A stretch of 64,000 bases of DNA from Candidatus Omnitrophota bacterium (GTDB lineage: Bacteria > Omnitrophota > Gorgyraeia > Gygaellales > Profunditerraquicolaceae): the NCBI GenBank assembly GCA_028716245.1, contig JAQUQW010000002.1:293346-357345 (forward strand). Reading direction: 5' to 3'. Both the position numbers and the translations under genes were made by a program. Below, one piece after another: positions 8,397 through 17,521 of the stretch; within the stretch, counting starts at the first letter, position 1; each line of letters opens with the position of its first letter. Below the pieces are notes generated by a model. The model was not told the origin of the DNA, ran no database searches, and worked only from the letters and a program-made list of their open reading frames with translations.

Positions 8397-9704
8397 TTAA
8401 AGTTTAAAAGTCAAGGTTAATATATAAACATTAATAAAGGATTTATACCTTCCGTTAATACTGGTGCCGCTGGATGAGCCTACGGCATTATTGATTTTTC
8501 TTGGATTGTAAAACATCGCCGCATACGCAAAATCAAGGCCTAAATTTTTATTAATCTGATACCCTGTTCCCAAAGTCAGGGAATTTGAGGTAGAATCCGG
8601 TAAAGCGGTATCAAAAGTTCCCTCGGGTATGGGTGTTTTATGGAAAAAATATCCTGCTCTTAATTTCCAGCTTTCATTAACCTTATATTCTGTCCCGAAA
8701 GCGTACGATAAAACAGCCCGCCAGTCCCTTTGGACAGGGTTGCCGGCATTCAAAACAGCCAGCCGCGCAACATTTGTTTCCGACGGGTAATCGATCTGCT
8801 CTTTATCTACTGAAGACCAATCCATCCATTCCATGTCTGCCTCAAACCGCCATTTGTCGTCCGGCTTAAAACAATAACCGAATAATATGCTCTGCGGTAA
8901 TCTTGACTTTGTGGACATGTCGGTTTCGTAAGAGCTCCCCCCGAAGATGCCTTGATAGTTAGAGCCGGAACTATTCAGATCATTAAGATAGACCTTGCCT
9001 TTATACGTTAAATCTACAGCGCTGCGGTACATCAGCCCAAAAGAATGGTTTTTATTAAGCTTATATAGCGCAGATAACCGATAACCCCAGGCATTATTAT
9101 CTCTTCCTTTTAGCTGGAAATCTCCGTCGGCTCCGCCCGCCTGGAGAAGCTTCTTTTTTTTATTTGCCAGGGCTTTTGTATAATCCAGGCCTACGCCTAC
9201 AGAAATATTGTCATTTATCTCATATGCCGCAGTAAGCATAACGTCCTGCGTAATTACATCGCTTTTCGTAGCCACGTATTTTGAGAAACTATCTTCCGCC
9301 CAAAAGGTTCCCAGACCCCAGTAAGAAGTTGCGCCCAAGCCAAAGGAAAATTTTTCCAGGCCAAAGTCGCTTACGATAAAACCACTAGGGATCGTAAATA
9401 TCTGCCTGCGCCTGTCTGTTTGGTTTCCGGCGGTATCTTCATAAGTACAAAATGGCTGGACTACAGAAGCGCCCACAGAAACATATGTTTTTCCTTTTAA
9501 CTGGGTAAGTCCGGCGGGATTATAGTAAATAGCCGAGGGATTATCTGCCTGGGCCACAAAAGCAGAGCCTTTTCCTAAGGCTTCAGCGTCCGGGACTTCA
9601 AGACGATAGGCTCCTGAACCGGCAGAGTAGGCATTCTTTAGAGGGAAGGATAATGTTAACCCAAGCGAAAAAATAATTACTATCTTTTTCGTTTTTCCGT
9701 TCAT
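8397..9704 (-). CDS. outer-membrane transport protein, FadL/TodX family (hydrophobic-compound porin)
   Basis: Signal peptide, N-terminal hatch segment with YNPAGL motif, amphipathic beta-strands, about 435 aa. Confidence 0.75.
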   Translation of the reverse strand: MNGKTKKIVIIFSLGLTLSFPLKNAYSAGSGAYRLEVPDAEALGKGSAFVAQADNPSAIYYNPAGLTQLKGKTYVSVGASVVQPFCTYEDTAGNQTDRRRQIFTIPSGFIVSDFGLEKFSFGLGATSYWGLGTFWAEDSFSKYVATKSDVITQDVMLTAAYEINDNISVGVGLDYTKALANKKKKLLQAGGADGDFQLKGRDNNAWGYRLSALYKLNKNHSFGLMYRSAVDLTYKGKVYLNDLNSSGSNYQGIFGGSSYETDMSTKSRLPQSILFGYCFKPDDKWRFEADMEWMDWSSVDKEQIDYPSETNVARLAVLNAGNPVQRDWRAVLSYAFGTEYKVNESWKLRAGYFFHKTPIPEGTFDTALPDSTSNSLTLGTGYQINKNLGLDFAYAAMFYNPRKINNAVGSSSGTSINGRYKSFINVYILTLTFKL

Positions 9705-9858
9705 CCTTTTAGTTTTGAGTATGGAACATTATGCCATTATTAAAGTTGCGGGATTTATTTTTAGCAAAACTTACAAAATCATTATAATGGATTTCTCGGG
9801 TTTGTCCACGGTTTTTTATTTAACTATTAGAAAACAGGAGACTTAGGAAAGTTAGGAA

Positions 9859-9887
9859 TTGACTTTTGTATGCCAAGGTGGTATTAT
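9859..9887 (+). promoter_or_regulatory. sigma70-type promoter (-35 TTGACT, 17 nt, -10 TATTAT)
   Basis: Read directly; drives the RR gene starting at 9965. Confidence 0.55.
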
Positions 9888-9964
9888 TTATTCAAATTAA
9901 GGCCGGGCGTAATTTTAAAGAGACGGCCAAAGATAGCGGCAATGTTAGCGTGGAGGAGAGGGGG

Positions 9965-10357
9965 ATGGGAAAGAATAAAATTATGATTATTGATGATGAG
10001 AGCGGCACCGTTGATTTATTGGCGCACCGCCTGGAAAGTGAGGGCTATCAGGTGGTTGCGTTATCGGATGCCAAAGGGGTCATCTCTAAACTCCATAGTT
10101 TTATCCCGGATCTGATAATATTAGATCTGCTGATGCCGGAATACGGGGGGCTGGATGTTTGCGAGATGCTGAATAAAGAACCCCTGGGGTTAAACACGCC
10201 GATTATCGTAGTAAGCGGTTTGAATAAAGATGCCGATAAAAAGAAGGCTTATAGCCTGGGGATAGAGAAATATTTTGTAAAACCCGTGGATATGGATGTT
10301 TTGTTAGCGGCAATTAAGAAGCTTATAAAGGATAAGAGCAATGCCAGCGAAAATTAA
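9965..10357 (+). CDS. response regulator, receiver domain only
   Basis: True start ATG 9965 with RBS GGAGGAGAGGGGG. IMIIDDE..DLIILDLLMPEYGG..; no output domain. Confidence 0.8.
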   Translation: MGKNKIMIIDDESGTVDLLAHRLESEGYQVVALSDAKGVISKLHSFIPDLIILDLLMPEYGGLDVCEMLNKEPLGLNTPIIVVSGLNKDADKKKAYSLGIEKYFVKPVDMDVLLAAIKKLIKDKSNASEN

Positions 10358-11480
10358 AATATTCTCGGCAATAATTTTTACCACGCTTATAATCGCCGGA
10401 TTTTTTCTTGCGCGAGGATGCATCTCTAATTTATCAGGATCCTTGGCTAAAGATAAAGTTGCCCCGAGAGAATTAAAAGAAGCATTATATTGGCAGGAGG
10501 CGGGCGAAGGCAAGGTGCAGTGTTTTTTATGCCCCAGGCGATGTTTGATACCTTTGGGCCAGCGGGGTTTTTGCCGCGCAAGAAAGAATATCAAAGGCAA
10601 GCTCTATGCCTTAACTTACGGCTAGCCCGTGGCCATACATATCGACCCGGTAGAGAAGAAGCCGCTTTTTCATGTTTACCCGGGGACAAAATCTTTTTCC
10701 ATTGCTACCGCCGGATGCAATTTAAGATGCAAGTTTTGCCAGAACTGGGAAATTTCCCAACTGGATCCTGAAACAGTAAAAGTGGCTTATATTTCGCCGC
10801 AGGATATCGTAAGGGAGGCCAAGCAGAGCGGCGCAAAGACGATAGCTTTTACTTACACTGAGCCGGCGATCTTCTATGAATATATGCTTGATATCGCCAA
10901 ATTGGCCAAAAAGGAGGGCATTGCCTGCGTTATGCATTCGGCAGGTTTTGTTAATGAGGAGCCCCTGCGCCAGCTGTCTAAATACTTAACCGCCGCAAAT
11001 ATCGACCTGAAAGGTTTTAGCGATAAATATTATTCTTCTTTTTGCGAAGGCAACTTAACCAGCGTCCTTAATTCTCTTAAGGTATTAAAAGAGGAAAAAG
11101 TCTGGGTGGAGGTAACCAATCTCATTATCCCTTCCGCCAATGATTCCGACGAAGATATCGGCAATCTTTGTTTGTGGGTAAAAGATAACCTTGGCCCGGA
11201 TACCCCGGTGCATTTTTCCAGGTTCTTCCCGATGTATAAGCTGGCGGATTTATCTCCTACGCCGCTTAAAACATTAATCCGCGCAAAAGAGATCGCCTAT
11301 AAAACAGGGCTGCGCTATGTGTACATCGGCAATGTCCCGGAAAATTTAGGAGAGGATACAATTTGTCCCGTATGCGCCAAATTTCTGATTAAGCGCGCAG
11401 GCTATACCATATTGGAGAATAATGTTATTAAAGGTAAGTGCAAATTCTGCGGCGCTAAGATCTCCGGCGTATGGGATTAG
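10341..11480 (+). pseudogene. AmmeMemoRadiSam-system radical SAM enzyme (PFL-activase-like), interrupted by an in-frame TAG at 10623-10625
   Basis: ORFs 10341..10625 and 10629..11480 share a frame. Read-through gives ..CFLCPRRC..GFCRARKN..LYALTYG*PVAIHIDPVEKKPLFHVYPG..CNLRCKFCQNWE, the hallmark of this family. Confidence 0.75.
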
Positions 11481-13588
11481 TTGCGCAGGTTTTTCAGGGC
11501 AAAGATCGCGTTGAGCAAGATTAAAGTTAAAAGGCTATACGGTGTCCCCAGAAATGGTATAAGCAGTATCCCGCTTACCATTGTCCCCAGGAATGCCCCG
11601 ATTAAATCCGCTGAATAGATAGTCATAGCTAAATTTTTGTTGTCGAATTTATTTTTAAGCAGGTTTTGCGCCAGGAGCGGATAGGAGCTGCCGGTAAGGA
11701 ACCCGCAGATCAAGGAATAGAAATAGAAGATAAACTCGGCGTAACCAACCTTTGTGATTATTTTCAGGTTCCAAAATAAAATAAAGATCGAGATCATCCA
11801 GAAGAGGTAAAGCCCGGAGAGCAGGTTGGCCCGATAGGTTTTGATGGTATTTAAGAGAAATGTCCCGATGCTAAGCCCGGCCATAAACAAGGCGATTAAT
11901 AAGCCTAACTTCCAAAACAAAGCCCCGCAATAAAGTTGGAATAACACAAAAATTATCGAACTAAAGCTGATCGAAGTAAAGCCGATCATCCCGGTATTTA
12001 AGAGGCAGGAAATTTTTTTAAAAAGATAGCCGAAAATTATTATCAGTGCTGCCAAAAGCAAAAGAGCCGCGGCTATGCTTGAGCGCATTTTATTGAAATC
12101 TATTTTGAGGTTAGGATAAAACTTAATTTGTTCCAGGATAAGATAATTAAGGAAACCTGACGGGTTAAGGTCGGTATTTGCCGGGACATTTCTATCCAGC
12201 ATACTTTCCGTATAACTGCGCATCGCAGGGTCAAGATAGTCCTTAAAATGATAGATTGTGAAAAACTTAGTCCGGGGGTTTACCTTGGTAAAATTGTTCA
12301 GCAGATCGTCAGCATTAATTTTTAGCTTATCGGAGGCGATTACAATCATGGAATCAGAAGGGATAATGAAGGTATTCGTAAATACCCTGTCTATGGCATT
12401 TATTATGCTGGAGTCAAACCTGGCAAATTGCGGGCTTAATATTTCTCTTTTAGAAGGGATGGTAAATGCAAATATGCCTTTTGGTTTCAAGCGCCCGGGA
12501 ATAAGTTTAAAAAATTCTTCGGTAAAATAGCGGTTTAAGGCCAGGTTAACCGGCGCGGGCATATTCATTAAAATAGCGTCATATTGCCTGTTTGTGTTCT
12601 TAAGGTATAGGCGGGGATCATCAGTAATAAAATTAACTTTACTTTTTAGCCCGGCAGGCAATTTATTTTTGGCAAGTTTTGAGATCAGGGGGTTTATCTG
12701 CAGGCAATCCAGCGAGTTTAATTTATACTTAGCTATTTCTTCAACCTGTCCGGAGATGGCCGCGCCGACAAAGAGGACATCTTTATTAACGAGGGGGCTG
12801 GTTGCGGACAAACTCATATGGATAAATTCTTCATTGGCGGATCTATCTTCGCTTGTAGCTAAAGAAGATCCTCCGGAAAACAAGGTGGTTGCTCCTGCTT
12901 TGCAAGTGGCAATAATCGGGCCATAGCTAGAGCCAAGATTTACCAGGATATCAGCGTTAGCGAATTCTTTCTTAAGAATAGAGTTAAAACTTACTGCAGA
13001 GATTATAGTTATGATAATGATGAGGCAAGCCGGAAGGATTTTTTTATAGTGATTTTTAATGGCCGGCAACAAAATCAACGGTGATAACGCGAAAATCAGC
13101 GGATTTGTATAATCGATAAAGCAAAAAGTAAAAGCCATGCCCCCCAAGAAAAAACCTATTGCCTCAAAGGCAAAGAACTTAGCGTAAATATCTTTTTGCG
13201 GCTGATTTTCTCTAATGTATTCTTGCACAAAATGCCTGAAGGCAAGGCCGATGGTAAAAGCAGTTGGCCCGATCAAAATAATACTTAAAAATAATACCAG
13301 GCCCAGGCCCGCGGCTTCGTAATATTTTAATCCTGCCAGTGATTTTGCCAGATGGATCAGGCATACGGAGAAAGAAAAAGATAGAGAGGCTAAAATACAG
13401 AGTAGTGTTGTGCGCAGTCTTTTAGAAGTTTTGAGGATACTGCCTAAGGAGCAAAAAATAATCCAGAAACCCACAGCGACCACAAAGGCCAGCTCATTTT
13501 TGGCGATGGAGAAGCTGAATTCACGCAAGATGACCAGCTGAAATATCGCGGCAATTATCCCTAATGCTATAAAGATAATCATGGACAA
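11477..13588 (-). CDS. spermidine-synthase-like (polyamine aminopropyltransferase fold) fused to a large polytopic membrane domain
   Basis: 703 aa with more than 10 TM helices on both sides of a Rossmann-type SpeE-like segment (VLFVGAAISG..DAILMNMP..). Confidence 0.55.
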   Translation of the reverse strand: MSMIIFIALGIIAAIFQLVILREFSFSIAKNELAFVVAVGFWIIFCSLGSILKTSKRLRTTLLCILASLSFSFSVCLIHLAKSLAGLKYYEAAGLGLVLFLSIILIGPTAFTIGLAFRHFVQEYIRENQPQKDIYAKFFAFEAIGFFLGGMAFTFCFIDYTNPLIFALSPLILLPAIKNHYKKILPACLIIIITIISAVSFNSILKKEFANADILVNLGSSYGPIIATCKAGATTLFSGGSSLATSEDRSANEEFIHMSLSATSPLVNKDVLFVGAAISGQVEEIAKYKLNSLDCLQINPLISKLAKNKLPAGLKSKVNFITDDPRLYLKNTNRQYDAILMNMPAPVNLALNRYFTEEFFKLIPGRLKPKGIFAFTIPSKREILSPQFARFDSSIINAIDRVFTNTFIIPSDSMIVIASDKLKINADDLLNNFTKVNPRTKFFTIYHFKDYLDPAMRSYTESMLDRNVPANTDLNPSGFLNYLILEQIKFYPNLKIDFNKMRSSIAAALLLLAALIIIFGYLFKKISCLLNTGMIGFTSISFSSIIFVLFQLYCGALFWKLGLLIALFMAGLSIGTFLLNTIKTYRANLLSGLYLFWMISIFILFWNLKIITKVGYAEFIFYFYSLICGFLTGSSYPLLAQNLLKNKFDNKNLAMTIYSADLIGAFLGTMVSGILLIPFLGTPYSLLTLILLNAIFALKNLRN

Positions 13589-14267
13589 TCTTTCCTTTTG
13601 TTATTATATTAAACCCAAGATGAACGAAAGTCTATATTATTTATTTTTAAGCGGCTTGATCCTCGGTTCGGGCCCTTGTTTAGGTTTCTGCGCGCCGATC
13701 TTAATCGGTTTTACCGCGGCTTATAAACCGTCGCTAAAGGGGGCGCTGGTTTCCTACCTGTCTTTTTCTTCGGCTAAACTGGTTAGCTATATGGTTATCG
13801 GAGCTTTATGCGGTGTATTCTCCGGCATATTAAAAAGCGGTTTTTTCGCGGGCTACCTTAATATCGTAAACATAACTTTAGGTTTTTTTGTTTTACTCAT
13901 CGGGGTTTTGACAATTATTTCCAAAGAACCGTTAAGCAGTAAGTATTGCGCGTTTCTCTCTAAAGGGAACTTAAGGAACGCGGGCATTTTGGGTTTTTTA
14001 GCGGGTTTTTCTCCGTGCCTTCCGCTTCTGGGTATCTTAAATTATATCATTATTATTGCTCACTCGCCGCTTGAAGGATTGTTTTACGCTTTTATCTTTG
14101 GGCTGGGGACCAGCATTTCTCCGGCGATCTTATTGGTCGGCTTATCGGGCAAGCTTTTCGGTAATTTTTCAAGCAATAATAAGATCAGGGCATTAATCCG
14201 GATTGTCTCTAGTTTTATCCTGATATATTTGGGGGCAGGAATCATTTTTCAGAGGTTCATGCGGTAG
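13581..14267 (+). CDS. membrane protein, DsbD_2/CcdA-like (paired Cys in TM segments)
   Basis: GSGPCLGFCAP and GFSPCLP motifs in TM helices. The start may be the Met at about 13620 because it overlaps the divergent gene. Confidence 0.4.
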   Translation: MDNLSFCYYIKPKMNESLYYLFLSGLILGSGPCLGFCAPILIGFTAAYKPSLKGALVSYLSFSSAKLVSYMVIGALCGVFSGILKSGFFAGYLNIVNITLGFFVLLIGVLTIISKEPLSSKYCAFLSKGNLRNAGILGFLAGFSPCLPLLGILNYIIIIAHSPLEGLFYAFIFGLGTSISPAILLVGLSGKLFGNFSSNNKIRALIRIVSSFILIYLGAGIIFQRFMR

Positions 14268-14279
14268 CAAATCTTAGGG

Positions 14280-14308
14280 ATTGACAATAAAGCAAGAACA
14301 TTGTAATA
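14280..14308 (+). promoter_or_regulatory. consensus sigma70 promoter (-35 TTGACA, 17 nt, -10 TAATAT)
   Basis: Read directly, upstream of the pilin gene. Confidence 0.6.
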
Positions 14309-14359
14309 TGTTGTAGCGACGAGATCTGGGGAAAAATCAGCCGGGTTAAAGAGGTAAGG

Positions 14360-14749
14360 ATGGCAAGGAAAAAAATAATAAAATTAAGGTGCCGAGGTTT
14401 TTCATTAATTGAGTTGATGTTCGGTGTTTCGATTTTATTGGTTACGATTATCGCCGCCCTGTCCTCGACTATTGGCTCTATGTTTCTGAATGAATCCAGC
14501 AGGAACCTGGTCACCGCAGCCAATGACGCGCAGTATGTGCTGGAGCAGATAAAAGCGCAAAGTTTCAGCAATATCTCAACCTATATTTCAGGTTTTTCTC
14601 CTACGAAATTCAATAATTTATTGGGAGAGACAGTTACTTTCCCCGGTCCTGTATATACTGCAAATCTGGATACAATAACCGTAGACATTACCTGGAATGA
14701 AAGAAATGCTGCCAGAACCCTCTCGATTACTACGCGTTTCGCGCAATAA
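14360..14749 (+). CDS. type IV pilin / pseudopilin (prepilin N-methylation motif)
   Basis: RCRGFSLIELMFGVSILLV: G|FSLIE cleavage and methylation motif plus hydrophobic helix. Confidence 0.75.
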   Translation: MARKKIIKLRCRGFSLIELMFGVSILLVTIIAALSSTIGSMFLNESSRNLVTAANDAQYVLEQIKAQSFSNISTYISGFSPTKFNNLLGETVTFPGPVYTANLDTITVDITWNERNAARTLSITTRFAQ

Positions 14750-15284
14750 AATAAGGGGCTTTACCCTGATGGAAACGCTCTTTGTCGCCCTTATTTTAGG
14801 CGCGATTATCGGGGTATTCTTTTACGCTGAAAACGCAGTGCAGCATTCTTTTACCTTAAGCTCGGCAAGAGGCAATCTCCAGTCGGAGGTAAGGCGGACA
14901 ATTGGCTGGATAATCAAGGATACCCGCCAGACGGTTAGCTGGGATATCGCCAATAATAGCCCCACTCCAAGTTATATTAAATTCAGGCAAGTTACCGGGT
15001 GGGATACCGCCAATAATACCTTTTCATTAAGTGATTATTATATAGAATATACGTATAATGCCGTTAATCATACAATCATCCGCAGAAAAAGCGACTTAAG
15101 CAATGGTACTTTAGGGTTATGGACTTTAAATGACATAGTCGCCGCGCCTTTCTTTACGGTAAATTCTTTAGGGGCGATTGTCCCGTTGAACAATAGCGAT
15201 TTGCTCACCAGTAAGCAATTAGTTATTACTATATCCGGAGGCACCTATAGCTTGACTGAAGAGGTGCAAATAAGAAATGGTTAA
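14697..15284 (+). CDS. minor pilin / pseudopilin (PilW/GspJ-like)
   Basis: RGFTLMETLFVALILGAII prepilin motif. The annotated start overlaps the upstream gene, so the true start may be later. Confidence 0.65.
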   Translation: MKEMLPEPSRLLRVSRNKIRGFTLMETLFVALILGAIIGVFFYAENAVQHSFTLSSARGNLQSEVRRTIGWIIKDTRQTVSWDIANNSPTPSYIKFRQVTGWDTANNTFSLSDYYIEYTYNAVNHTIIRRKSDLSNGTLGLWTLNDIVAAPFFTVNSLGAIVPLNNSDLLTSKQLVITISGGTYSLTEEVQIRNG

Positions 15285-16161
15285 TAACCGAAGCGTAGTT
15301 TTGGTTTATTCTCTTTTGGTAACTATGGTTTTATCTATTCTGCTCGGATCATTATATCTTAGCAGTATAAACGAAAACCTGCAGGTTAACCAATACGTAA
15401 ACTCTATGCGCGCTTTTTGGCTGGCTGAAGCGGGGATTGCTACCGTCAAAGCCAATCCGGGGCTTAGCGCGGTAAGTGAACATCTCCCTTTTGGATCCTC
15501 TAATTTTTACAATGTGCCTCCGCCTCAGGTTGTACCGAATACCGGTAATGTATATTGGATTATAAATTCTACAGGTACTGTAACCTTACCGAGTGGTTCT
15601 AGTGTAAGCAGGACCCTGACTGCCACCGTAAAAACAGCCGGGGCCGATTCTTCAAAGTTCCCATATGCGGTAGATACGACTACTGATTTGGTTACCAAAG
15701 GAAGCGTGACTATAAATGGCACTCCAAAACAAAATGATAATACTATTAATTTTACCAATATGTTTGGCGTTTCGAAAGCAACCATGAAAGCCGATGCCAC
15801 TCATCTTTATACCAATAGTAATTTTAATGCGCCTGTTGATGGCATAACTTGGGTAGATGTGGCTTCGGGGAATAGCCTGAGTATATCCGGAAATCTTACT
15901 GGAAGCGGTATTTTGGTTATCAATGGTGATGTGCATATATCCGGCACAGTGGTTTTTAACGGCATAATTTATGTTATAGGGACATTAACTATGACTGGCA
16001 CCGTGACGACTAGCGGCAGCGTTATTGCAGAGAGTTCCGCGACAGCAGATACTACAGTATCAGGGCATGTTACGCTGAACTTTGAACTTCCTGAGATAGA
16101 GAATGCATTGGCTAATGTGCAGTTTTTAAACAAGCAGATAGTTGCCTGGCGAGAACAATAA
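15277..16161 (+). CDS. PilX-like minor pilin/pilus assembly protein
   Basis: N-terminal hydrophobic helix followed by LQVNQYVNSMRAFWLAEAG (PilX N-terminal signature); Thr/Ser-rich beta region. Confidence 0.55.
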   Translation: MVNNRSVVLVYSLLVTMVLSILLGSLYLSSINENLQVNQYVNSMRAFWLAEAGIATVKANPGLSAVSEHLPFGSSNFYNVPPPQVVPNTGNVYWIINSTGTVTLPSGSSVSRTLTATVKTAGADSSKFPYAVDTTTDLVTKGSVTINGTPKQNDNTINFTNMFGVSKATMKADATHLYTNSNFNAPVDGITWVDVASGNSLSISGNLTGSGILVINGDVHISGTVVFNGIIYVIGTLTMTGTVTTSGSVIAESSATADTTVSGHVTLNFELPEIENALANVQFLNKQIVAWREQ

Positions 16162-16170
16162 GCTTCATCG

Positions 16171-16686
16171 ATGAAAAAGGTAAAACAAAAATATAAAAAT
16201 AATCGGATCAGCGGCGTAAAGGCCCCTGATTATTTACAAATAATAGAACGCCGTCATTTTATCCGCCATCCATTGTCTTTGCCTCTTACTTACAAGGTTA
16301 TCAGCCCGGGATTAGGCAAGAGCCGGGAGGATATGCAGGCTCAAACAAGCAATATAAGCGTAGGAGGATTGTTGTTCCCGGGAAAACGTTCTGTCCAGCC
16401 CAATTCTATGATTGCGATAAAAATGCCTTTTGAGGATAAGATGTTTAATATTAAGGCAAAAGTTGTCCGCTGCGTTAATAATCCGGAGACCAAACTTTAT
16501 GATATCGCGGTAAGTTTTTTCAGGTTCCATGAAGCTTTTAAGGCAAAAATGATTGAGCAGATTTATCTTATTTCGGAATACCGGGATTTGCTTATTTTGC
16601 AGTCGGGCAAAGAGATTTCTCTTGCCGAAGCATCGCGTAAGTGGGTGAAACGATATTCAGAACGATTTAAAAGGCTTTACTGGTAG
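16171..16686 (+). CDS. PilZ domain protein (c-di-GMP binding)
   Basis: RRHFIRHPLSLPL (RxxxR) and NISVGGLLF (DxSxGG). Confidence 0.7.
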   Translation: MKKVKQKYKNNRISGVKAPDYLQIIERRHFIRHPLSLPLTYKVISPGLGKSREDMQAQTSNISVGGLLFPGKRSVQPNSMIAIKMPFEDKMFNIKAKVVRCVNNPETKLYDIAVSFFRFHEAFKAKMIEQIYLISEYRDLLILQSGKEISLAEASRKWVKRYSERFKRLYW

Positions 16687-16700
16687 GATTTAAGGAACTA

Positions 16701-17279
16701 ATGAACATATTCGTAGGTAATTTATCTTTTGAAGCCAAAGAAGCGGATGTGCATAAAGCTTTTGCGGTTTTTGGCACGGTTTCTTCCGTGGCAATCGTAA
16801 TGGAGAAAAAAGGCAAGAAGTCGCGGGGGTTCGGGTTTGTTGAAATGGTTAATGAGCAGGAGGCGCTTGCCGCGATTGCTCAATTGCAGGGCAAAGAGAT
16901 ATTGGGCCGGCCGGTTAATGTCATGTTTTCTGTGGCCAAGCCCAAGAAGCCAAAAGGCCAGATTTCAGCTAAAAAAGTTACGCCGCGCCCGGATTTTAAG
17001 CGGACAGGAAAATATAGAGAAGGCCGGCGCACAATTAGTTATATGAAACAGCGCTTAGACGCCGGGATTAGCGCTCCGGTTGGTGAGCGTAAATATAAAC
17101 CTAATCCTCTGCGTTGGCGCAAGAAGCCAAGGCCGCAAGCACGTTTTGCCAAACCTGAAGGTGAGCCTAAGCCTTGGGAGAAAAGCCGAGGCGGCGCTAA
17201 GCCTTGGCGAAAGAGTAGTGACGCTCGTCAGCAATCAAATTTTAAAAAACGCCGCAGCCCAATCAGCCATAAGAAATGA
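16701..17279 (+). CDS. RNA-binding protein with RRM domain and Lys/Arg-rich C-terminal tail
   Basis: RNP2 IFVGNL, RNP1 RGFGFVEM; tail carries KPWxKS-type repeats. Confidence 0.8.
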   Translation: MNIFVGNLSFEAKEADVHKAFAVFGTVSSVAIVMEKKGKKSRGFGFVEMVNEQEALAAIAQLQGKEILGRPVNVMFSVAKPKKPKGQISAKKVTPRPDFKRTGKYREGRRTISYMKQRLDAGISAPVGERKYKPNPLRWRKKPRPQARFAKPEGEPKPWEKSRGGAKPWRKSSDARQQSNFKKRRSPISHKK

Positions 17280-17521
17280 AATTAAAACTTAATCTTTTTC
17301 CGTCGGTCCCGGATATGGAAGAGAAGATGTCTAAGATTTTGCAGGAGGCGGTGGATGGCCGGGCCAGCATAGTTGAGATTGCTTACGGTACTGCTTCGGA
17401 TAGTGTAAAAAAACGCATCCTTAATTTTTTAAATAAAAAAGAGATCCGCCAGCTTTATTCAAGATTGGAGAAAACCGATAAAGGCTGGGGGAGGGTTTAT
17501 CTGCATTTTAGGTGGAAGTAA
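17276..17521 (+). CDS. hypothetical small protein
   Basis: 81 aa ORF translationally coupled to the phosphorylase gene. Confidence 0.3.
   Translation: MKLKLNLFPSVPDMEEKMSKILQEAVDGRASIVEIAYGTASDSVKKRILNFLNKKEIRQLYSRLEKTDKGWGRVYLHFRWK

Noticed and set aside
10341-10500. N-terminal TM helix on the radical SAM protein implying a membrane-anchored enzyme
   Set aside because: More likely an over-extended start. Family members are soluble and begin near the EALYWQEA segment.
10623-10625. Amber codon reassignment or programmed read-through as explanation for the in-frame TAG
   Set aside because: TAG terminates other confident genes in the window (10629..11480, 13581..14267), and no pylT-like tRNA is present. 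A nonsense mutation or sequencing error is more parsimonious.
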